Of a DNA stretch of 64,000 nucleotides, positions 54,945 through 64,000 are shown piece by piece. Position numbers and translations under genes: made by a program. Below the pieces are notes generated by a model. It was not told the DNA's origin. It saw only the letters and a program-made list of their open reading frames with translations, and did not search any database. This DNA is from Eledone cirrhosa (lineage: Eukaryota), in contig OZ024740.1 in assembly GCA_964016885.1 (NCBI GenBank), forward strand, positions 156,798,001 to 156,862,000, read 5' to 3'. Within the stretch, counting starts at the first letter, position 1. Every line of letters starts with the position of its first letter.

Positions 54945-55115
54945 GTCACTTGTTTCTAGAGCGTCAGGCACCATGGTTTGCAGCATAGAGTTATTGCCCT
55001 TTACATATTTACATTCTGAGGTTAACTTTACCTTTAATCCTTACGGAGTCGATAAAAAAAGCACCAGTCATGCAGTGGGGTAATTGCAGGCCTTGTGCCA
55101 AAAGTAGAAACATTA
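54945..55115 (+). mobile_element. SINE family A, diverged
   Basis: Central domain and 3' tail recognisable; followed by (TTA)n. Confidence 0.75.
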
Positions 55116-55148
55116 TTATTATTATCATTATTATTATTATTATTATTG

Positions 55149-55555
55149 TTCTTTGAGTCTCAGTCATTGATGTTATTTAACTGGAAAGTTTGTTGAAATG
55201 AATATCAAGCCGCTACCAGCAGCCTCAGATATTCAGGATGTGTCGGAGGGTTCTTGCTGTTCCCAGCAAGCATGCCTTTTGAAGTGTTCCAAAAAGCGGG
55301 GCTGGACTAATCTTCTTTAACCATCCTTGGAAACACTTTGAGATAGTACCTAGTGCACCTATGACAATTGGGACGCCCTTGACTTCATGGCAGTTCCAAA
55401 TCCTTTTTATCTCCCACTTTAAGTCCTGGTATCGGTTAATTTTCTCCCTCTCCTTTTCTTGCACTCTCGTGTCAAATGGTCAGGCTACATCTACAATCAG
55501 GCACGATCTTTTTTCCTTGTCCAAAACCACCAGGTCAGGCCTATTGTGTTCTAAT
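55149..55555 (-). mobile_element. Second Dong/R4 family, 3' fragment (copy 1)
   Basis: RPDLVVLDK..CLIVDVA, EKINRYQDL..VPIVIGALG..LQKACLLGTARTLR; (TAA)n tail. Confidence 0.85.
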
Positions 55556-55604
55556 TGTGCCAAAAAGTAGAAATAATAATAATAATAAAAATTATTATTA
55601 TTAT

Positions 55605-55907
55605 TCTTTGAGTCTCAGTCATTGATGTTAGTTAACTGGAAAGTTTGTTGAAATGAATATCAAGCCACTACCTGCAGCCTCAGATATTCAGGACGTATCG
55701 GAGGGTTCTTGCTGTTCCCAGCAAGCATGCCTTTTGAAGCGTTCCAAAAAGCGTGAAGGGGCCAATTTTCTTTAACCATCCCTGGAAAGTTTTTGAGATA
55801 GTCCATAGTGCGCCTATGACAATCGGGATCACTTTGACTTCATGGCAGTTCCAAATCCTTTTTACCTCCCACTTTAAGTCCTGGTATCGGTTAATTTTCT
55901 CCCTCTC
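55605..55907 (-). mobile_element. Second Dong/R4 family, 3' fragment (copy 2)
   Basis: Diverged direct repeat of 55149-55452. Confidence 0.85.
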
Positions 55908-55924
55908 TATTATTATTATTATTA

Positions 55925-58900
55925 CAGTTGCATTTATCTTGCTTTATGTTTATACGAGTTATCACCAAGTCACAACCAGTGACCTCAAGAGACAACAAGG
56001 TCCGCCATGTTCAAGAAAGAACATACATACTCACACATGCATCTTTAGTGTTTAGACTTGTGATGTACTTATATTGACAGAATCTTCCTTAGTATATGGG
56101 CAGTTCCCATTAGTACTATCTTTTGTATTTCTCCTATACGCGGGTTTCCTGGGATTTGCGATAAGTAATCATTAGACCCCTTAGGTATCATTCCCAGAGC
56201 GCCTACAACCACTGGTATTGTTTTAGTTCTCAATTTCCACATTTTTCCAATTTCTATCTCCAGGTCCTTATACTTGCTCAATTTTTCAAATGTTTTTATA
56301 GATACATTCTTGTCTATTGGAACGGAGATATCAATTAGCAGGCATACCCTTTTTTAAAGTCCTTCAATATTATATCAGGTCTATTTGCATCTATTTTTCG
56401 GTCTGTTTGGATGCTAAAGTTCCACAAGATTGAGATGTGATCTTTTTCAAGTATGGGAGGTGGTTGATGCTCCCACCAATTCTTTTGATGGGGCAGGTCA
56501 AAATGCTTACACATTATCCAATGTATGTATTGTGCAGCTCTGTCATGCCTGTTTAGGTATTCGGTTGGAGCTATAGGACTGCACATTGAAATTATATGGT
56601 CAATGGTCTCTGGTTGTTTTTTGCATACACGGCATAATGGGCTGCATCCATTTTTTATTATGTTGGCTTGGTAATTTTTTGTTGGCAGACACTGATCTTG
56701 TGCTGATATAATCAGTCCTTCAGTCTCCGATTTCAGTCCAGAGGATGCCAACCACTGATGGGTTAAAGTTTTGTCAACATCAGGATTGTTAGCTCGTTCT
56801 GGGTATTTTCCATACAGAGTCTTTTCTTGCCATTTCTTAGCCAGTTTCTGTAGCAGTTCTTTCTTTGCAGTTACTTTTACCTGCTTTGTTTTTTCTGTGT
56901 TTTCCATTTCAGCAGTAAATGGGACTTCTGAAATGTGTAGTCCATTACTGTATCTTTGTGCATCTTTTGTAATGGAGTATGATCTTTTGATGCTTTCATG
57001 TTTCAAAACGAGTTTGATCATCCAATCATGTGATTCCCTTAGATATGTAGATAATCCAATTGTTGCAGTTTTCAACGCAATGTCTAACTGGATTAACCCA
57101 CGTCCTCCTTCTTTCCTAGGGAGATATATTCTATCTGTATCTGCCTTAGGGTGATGCATTCTGTGCATGGTTAAGAATTTTCGACCTTTTGTATCGAGCC
57201 TACGGATCTCTGTGCTTGACCAGTTGATGACATTGTAACTGTAGGTTACTACTGGTATCGCAAGCGTGTTTATGGCATCGATCCTATTCCTTGCATTCAA
57301 TTCCGTTCTTAAGATTGCTCTTACTCTGCAGTAACATTCCTTCTTTATCCTTTCCCTCATTGTCGAGTGCTTGATTCCGTCTCCTTCACAAACACCTAGA
57401 TATTTGTAAGTTTCCTCTTGATCAAGTTCTCTTATCACATTCCCTCGATCAAGATTAATGTCTGAACTTTTCAGCAGCTTTCCTCTGGTGAACGTTGCTT
57501 TGGCGCATTTATCGAGTCCAAACTCCATTTTAATGTCATCACTGAACTGTTCCACAGTGGATAATAGCCATTGCAATTGTTCATCATTTTTTGCAAATAG
57601 TTTCAGGTCATCCATGTAGAACAAGTGATTAATGGTTTTGTCATAGACTTTATATCCATGTTTTGTTTCATTGAGCATTTTACTTAATGGTATAAGTGCG
57701 ATGCAGAATAAAAGCGGTGATAAAGAGTCACCCTGAAAAATTCCACAATTAATATTAACTTCTCCAGCTTCCAGTGATTTTGTTTCACTATTCAAAAGGA
57801 GTGTCATTTTCCATGTCTTCATACTGAATGACAAAAACCTCCTGACAACGGGGGATATTTTGAAAATCTCTAAACATTTTTCAATCCAACTGTGTGGCAA
57901 ACTATCGAATGTTTTTTTATAATCTATCCAAGCAATCTTCCAGTATCATTTTGTTAACCAAAAGCTGATCCTTACAGCCATATGAGCCTCGTTTACACCC
58001 TTTCTGCTCAATGGGAAATAGGTCATTTGTTATCAGCTGGTCATATGTGTAGTCAGTTAGGACTGATGTTAAAATGTTATACATTGTGGTCAAGCAAGTT
58101 ATCGGTCTGTAATTTATGGGATTGTTTGTCTCATCATTCTTCGGAAGCAGGAATGTAATGCCGTTAACTAGCCATGATGGTATCTTTTCTGGCTCCTTAA
58201 CTATTTCATTGTAAAGTTGGGCTAACAGCTCATGAGACTCTGTGAAGGTATTTATCCAAAAATTTTGTATTTTGTCTTTTCCTGGGGATTTCCATTTGCT
58301 GGTTTTTCTTAGAGCCAAGCGCAGCTGTTCAACTGTTATATTTTCCCATATTTGTTCCTCAAGGTGAGCTGTATCTTTCATTTGTCTGTCTATCCATGGG
58401 GCATGTATGTTATGAACTTTTTCTTCGGCCCAGATCTTTTCCCAGAATTCTTGCACTTCCTCCTTGGGTGGTATTGATTTAGCAGTTATTGTTGACTTAC
58501 CAATTTTTCTGTAGAAGTTTCTTTGGTTGTTTTTGAACATATTATTGTCCTTATAGAATCTAGATCGTTTTTCAAAGCGCCTTATACGAGCAGCTTTGGC
58601 CGACACTTTTTGCTTGATTATTTCTATCAGCATGTCTATGTCACTTGTTGATTTTATACTGTACTTTCTTTTCAATTTTCTAAGTTTAGTTTGTTTAACA
58701 TGTTCACCTACTTTATATTTTGTTAAAATTTCTATGTCAGATCGGAGAAGGCTTATTTGGCGATTGATGTTCTCTTGCCAAGTAGATTTCTTGTGGGAAT
58801 TCCTTTGTTTTTTCATCTTCACTCCACATAAGTGAGTGGTGACTTTAGCCGATGCATAATAGAGATGATTTAAATCAGTAATGTTTAGTTTGTTTGTGAT

Positions 58901-59852
58901 GATAATGTTTTTGATAATTATGTTAGTCTTGTGTATTATCTTTTGGTTCTGTTTGGAGTTCTGGATCTTAGGGAGGGTGTCTCGTTACCCCATGTCAGAT
59001 TCTTTCATTTTCATCCATTCGATCATAATTTCATCCTTCAAGTTGGCAAGTTCATTCTCATTCATTTCTTTATCATTTACGATCTCATTATTTTCATTTG
59101 GAGTTTCATCTTGAGCATGCACTCCCTCCACTTTTTCGATCCTTTCTTTAATTTGTTCTGTTGCCAGTGATTCCGCCCCAACCCTGGGATTCGAAGTGCT
59201 ACAATTTACCTCGTTTTCACTGACACATGTTTCATTTTCCCTTCGCTGACTTTGTGCTAATAGCTTGATCTGATCAATTTCTATATCAGTTAGTAACTTT
59301 TTTTTTACAATATTTCTTCGTATATTGGCTAGTTTGTTACTGTCAATATAGCCTCTGTTTTCGGGATGTTTCTTTTTCCAGTTGATATATGTCTGTTCTG
59401 TATTCGATGTATTTGATGGGTAGTACATGGCAGTGTAGAAAGCCTCAAGGACTTCTTTATTATCTTCCCTTGACCATTTTTCTCTCTTTTTCTTTGGATT
59501 TCTTGGTGGTGAGCATGGAGGGCCAACAGTAGGAGTATTCCGGTTATGGGAGGTCTCCAGCTCCGAAGTGATGGGAATGTTTGAACCATTAGCTGATTTT
59601 TCGACCCCAGTCTGGTTCCTCTCTGAGGGACGCGGCCCTTTTTTACCCGGGTGACGGCCGATCCGGTGTGAGATTTTATCATTAGGCATTTACTTTATTT
59701 TGTCGCGTTTTATCCTTATCCGCCAATGTGTAATCATTTCGTGTTACAACTTCTAGAACGAGTGTCAACCAAGACTAGAGGGGTCGTTCTCCCCTAGAGA
59801 CACGGCTATTCCCCGCCGGCCGCCATCCCGGTATTTCTTGGTCACGGGGTTT
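55925..59852 (-). mobile_element. Dong/R4-clade retrotransposon, near full length
   Basis: ATG at 59689 with N-terminal REKWSREDN domain, RT YMDD, CCHC-like knuckle, RHD and RLE. Three frame disruptions (about 58985, 57930, 56345). (TAA)n at 3' end; same family as 44908-48014. Confidence 0.95.
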
Positions 59853-60113
59853 TCTTTTTTGTTGTTTTTTTAAATTGTTATTATCATGAGTGGTTCCTTA
59901 ATGTGAGCATTGCGTGGCTTAAGAATGAAATTATTAATAATTGTCTCCTCTCCAGGCACAAGGCCAGCAATCACCCAGTGCATTACAATAATATAATATA
60001 CTTTTTGCTGAAGTTGCCTGTTATTGTTGTTGGCTATGTCGGTGGTGGTGCTGGGGCTTTTTATATTGTTGGTGAGGAAGGGGGGAGCCAGCAGTGGTTA
60101 TTGTTGTTGTTAG

Positions 60114-60145
<32 letters not shown>

Positions 60146-60149
60146 TTAT

Positions 60150-60285
60150 TACGGCCCTTGCCATTCTGAGTTCAAATCATGCCGAGGTTAACTTTGCCTT
60201 TCATCCTTACGGGGTCGATAAAATAAAGTACCATTAATGCACTGGATAATTGCTGGCCTTGTGCCAAACGTAGAAACAATTATTG
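60150..60285 (+). mobile_element. SINE family A, 5'-truncated
   Basis: B-box, central domain and tail. Confidence 0.85.
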
Positions 60286-60399
60286 TTATAATTATTATTA
60301 TTGACTTCTGAAGTAGAAGTCACATTTCACTTCGATTCCGTGGAAATTTTATGGACTTTTAATTTTTTCATCGACCTTAACTTTTTTCTCAAGTCTTAA

Positions 60400-61200
60400 A
60401 CTTGACAAAAGCCTAAGGAAATTAGCCTACTATTTGCAGGTGAAGTTGTTGAATTTGCAGCGACCCCCATCCTAAAGGGACTCTGATCGAGGTAAAAACT
60501 TTATTTCAACAAATGTTTCTAAAACAAAAAGTAATGGATACCGAGTCTAAAAAGAAACGGAACGATAATACATTGCAAAGAGGGTGGGAGAGCCCTTCAG
60601 CATCTAAAACATAAGTATTGATAGATGTCAGGGTTTGTGAAGAAGATGAATAATACAGTCGCAAACATCGGTGCATGTAGGTTTTGCTGGACGTGATCAG
60701 CAGCGAAGGACACACATTCAGGCTAGTCGCCGTCTAAGCTCCGCCAGGGGCAGGACGAACCGATTTCTTTAGGTGCTAGGAGACCTTTCTAGGAACGTCC
60801 CACCAACACGTGTGAACGGGCGACTGGAACGGTAGCTTAGATGCACTCTGGGATGTGTGGGTCTAGTGGAAAGGGGAGGAGGGTGCAATATCTCACAAAC
60901 CTGCTGAGGCGCTTTCAACAGTCTCACAGGGACTAACCGCATCGAATCATCCAGATCGCATCTAGATAGGGTATTCAGTAGGGACATAGACAAGCATAGC
61001 ATAGGTTGTCCGCAATATAAACTACACAAACCACAAATTTGTTATCAATGTGGTTGATCTAGATAAGCTTCACAGTCAGGGACCCGGTTACCGGAAACTG
61101 AATGTATCGCAAAGTCTACAGAGACCTGATTAGAGAATAAGTTAAACGGTCGTTGACGGTGGCAATCGTCATCAACGAATGGTGGTTCACCTTGAAAAAG
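60400..61200 (-). mobile_element. Possible decayed L1/Tx1-like ORF1 region
   Basis: GC-richer block; minus strand has Y.GQP..C.AC, resembling the Tx1 ORF1 zinc-knuckle lead-in. Weak. Confidence 0.3.
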
Positions 61201-61299
61201 GCGATTAGACTAGAATCGTAAAGCTATAACAATAGAAATAACTAAAGTAAAAGTAGAACTAGTTAAAAACATAGAAAAGACGATTAATAAAGGCATCGC

Positions 61300-61428
61300 A
61301 GGTTAGCTTTACTTTCATCCTTACGGAGTCGATAAAATATAACACCAGTAATGCACTGGGGTCGATTTAATCGACTTTCCTATCATCCCAAATTGCTGGC
61401 CTTATGCCTATAGTAGAAACCATTATTA
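61300..61428 (+). mobile_element. SINE family A, long-3' variant fragment
   Basis: Matches 1242-1370 including the GTCGATTTAATCGAC hairpin; followed by (GTA)n. Confidence 0.82.
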
Positions 61429-61435
61429 TAATACC

Positions 61436-61495
<60 letters not shown>

Positions 61496-62082
61496 TCTTA
61501 CAACATCAATCACACAAGTTTATAAATTGTAAATGGTGAAGACAATTTGTATTACAAAATAACTACAATTGTTGATATCAAATGGTACCAGCAGTGGTAA
61601 AAAATGTTAATGAAATATTTTTTAAACAAGTTGATGAGATCAAATGCCATTCTGTCGGATTTCATAATATTCATAGACGCCGTTTCCGATAAAGTAACAC
61701 ATTTTTCCGGATGTGTCTCAGATGATTCTTCTGCCGTAGTATTTGAATTTTTCTAGCTGATATTTTATGGAATTTTCCGGTTTTTTATACGAACCGAATA
61801 ACAGTTTAATTCATGAATAAATATAATTGCTTAATTTAATTTATATATACATATATATATATGTGTGCGTGTATACACAATTATTGTGAAATAATTCTTT
61901 ATATATGTATGTATATATGTATATCGTTGATTGCCAGAATTGGTAGACCGTCGGATAAAATGTCATTGCAGTATTTGTTCTGGTTCTTTACATTCTGAGT
62001 TCAAAACGCACTTTTACATTTCGTCGAAAATGTTGGCCTTCTACTTATTTATACATCTCTCTCACTCTGTTTATCTATCTAC

Positions 62083-62157
<75 letters not shown>

Positions 62158-62213
62158 ATATTAAATAATCAATGATATTAAATACATGGAAACTATATTT
62201 ATAAAACCATATT

Positions 62214-62274
62214 TATTCTATTATATACATTTCAAGGGTACCAAAACTTTGGTACGCTTTCATCAGATAAAATA
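62214..62274 (-). ncRNA. Minimal type-I hammerhead motif
   Basis: Minus strand reads TATTTTAT-CTGATGA-AAGC GTACCAAA GT TTTGGTAC CCTT-GAAA-TGTATA-TA-ATAGAATA: 8-bp stem I and long stem II. Confidence 0.78.
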
Positions 62275-62654
62275 CAAAGTTTGTTTTATAAATTTTGACA
62301 TAACCAAGAAAAAGATACCTTAACGGTTCAAGTTTTCCTGGAAAACTTGAACAATTATAAATGACCAAGTTAGCTAGATAGAAATATACTAACTAACTTG
62401 GTCATTTACAATACAAACATAAATATGAGGATATTTGTGTTTATCAAATATATTGATTTATATTAACCTATATATATATATATATATACATACATATGTG
62501 TGTGTGTGTGTATGTGTGTGTGTGTGTGTATGCGTGTGTGTGTTTGCCTTTGTACACTCCAGCAAAGGCTTGCTGAATATTCAAATCGAAATTGCTTGGC
62601 CTCATCCTCTGGATTTTACCTCTTTCTCTCTCTCTTTCTCTCTTCCCCCCTTTG

Positions 62655-62703
<49 letters not shown>

Positions 62704-62761
62704 ATTTCGTTTCTGAATTTGTTTAGCAAGATTCTTTATCTGAAAACGTCTGTTAAAACGG

Positions 62762-63562
62762 ATATTGTTATGCCAATAAGAAGCACACGCACCAGTAGCT
62801 TTCACTTCAATTTATTATAAATTAAATTTATAAATTTAGGAATTTATAAATGTAGTATATAGCATAAGATGTGCTGAAGGACAATGCAGAGATAAAAATA
62901 TAGTGTACATAGGTGAGACAGCTCGTAGTATAGGAGAACGGATAAATGAACACTGGCGAGAGCTTCAAGATAGTAAAGAATCATCTGTACTCCACCAACA
63001 TGCTAAAATAGAACATAAGGGTAAATTAGAGAACATAGAAATAAAAATAGAATCTACACACAGAAAAGACGCAATGTTTAGACAAATTACAGAGGCAATA
63101 AACATAAATGAACTCCAACCAAAATTAAATAGAAAACCTGAATGGAATAGCAACATCACAACTTACAATTAAGGACAAAATGAAAACACACATACACATA
63201 GAACAAACAACCAACCAGTAACATGTAAATAAACAAATAAATAAACAAATATAAACAAACACAGACACCCGGATGTAACACATGCGCAAACTAAGCACAC
63301 AACACACACACAAACAAGATGGCGTAGGACAGAACAAAGCAGAGGCACAAAAACAAAGAAAAGAATCCCCAGTCACTGAAGAGGTCACAGAATGTGTGAC
63401 GAAAGAACTTTGACAATATATGAACAATCGTCTGGTTGTGGAACCAACCAACCAACCGGAAATTTATAAATTCATAAATTTATAAATTTAATTTATAATA
63501 AATTGAAGTGAAAGCAACTGGTGCGTTTGTTTCTTATTGGCAACATGACCCTCCCAAAGCAT

Positions 63563-63570
<8 letters not shown>
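62762..63570 (+). mobile_element. Penelope-like element 3' end: inverted stub, GIY-YIG and pLTR
   Basis: 62849-63172 translates NVVYSIRCAEGQC..VYIGETARSIGERINEH..SVLHQH..H..RQITEAINI..PKLNRK. 62762-62850 is an inverted copy of about 63460-63570. Confidence 0.9.
63372..63414 (+). ncRNA. Minimal hammerhead motif in Penelope pLTR
   Basis: GTCA-CTGAAGA-G-GTCACA GAATG TGTGAC-GAAA-GAAC-TT-TGAC. Confidence 0.72.
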
Positions 63571-63601
<31 letters not shown>

Positions 63602-64000
63602 AATAGCCCCCCCCCCCCCTCCCCCTTCACACACACACACACTTTTATTCAGCAATCTCTTCCTTGTTAGAACGATTAAATTTCAAATTGTCATTTAGAA
63701 GTAAAAAATTGTAAAACGATTATGTTTCGTTTATTATTATTTTGAATGAATTAACAAGTGACTTGATGGCATGAAAAGTAAAAAAAAAACGTTTTATCAA
63801 ATTTTAGTATGCATTAGATTTTATTTTCTTAATGAAAGTTTATATGAATTTCGTAACAAAAAACTTAAGTCATCTATAGAATAAAGAGAATAGAGAAATG
63901 GCTTTTAGGCGAGACATAAACACTTTGTCCCTATATTTAGTGTTTTAAAGAGCAAATCTATTTATTTAAAACTGAGTTTTTCTCTGCAGTTATCTATAAT

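Overview
AT-rich eukaryotic intergenic or intronic DNA. I found no supportable host protein-coding exon. The repeat content (abundant tRNA-derived SINE, long (TA)n/(CT)n/(CA)n tracts) suggests an octopod cephalopod; this is an inference. Most ORF-track entries are microsatellite artefacts. Recognisable elements: many SINE copies, decayed RTE and CR1-like LINEs, an internally deleted mariner, a decayed Helitron Rep-helicase (38.7-42.9 kb, minus), a young non-coding Gypsy-type LTR element (22.6-25.2 kb), two young Dong/R4 RT+RLE retrotransposons in inverted orientation in (TAA)n plus older Dong fragments, and four Penelope-like GIY-YIG 3' ends. The most striking pattern is a dense population of fold-back insertions in (TA)n tracts. 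Many carry minimal type-I hammerhead ribozyme motifs: about 8 with intact CUGANGA/GAAA cores, plus variant or decayed ones. Two further candidates stand out: a non-coding 555-bp tandem and fold-back element with no canonical hammerhead, and a pseudoknotted Dong 5' UTR. All motif calls were made by eye; no activity has been tested.
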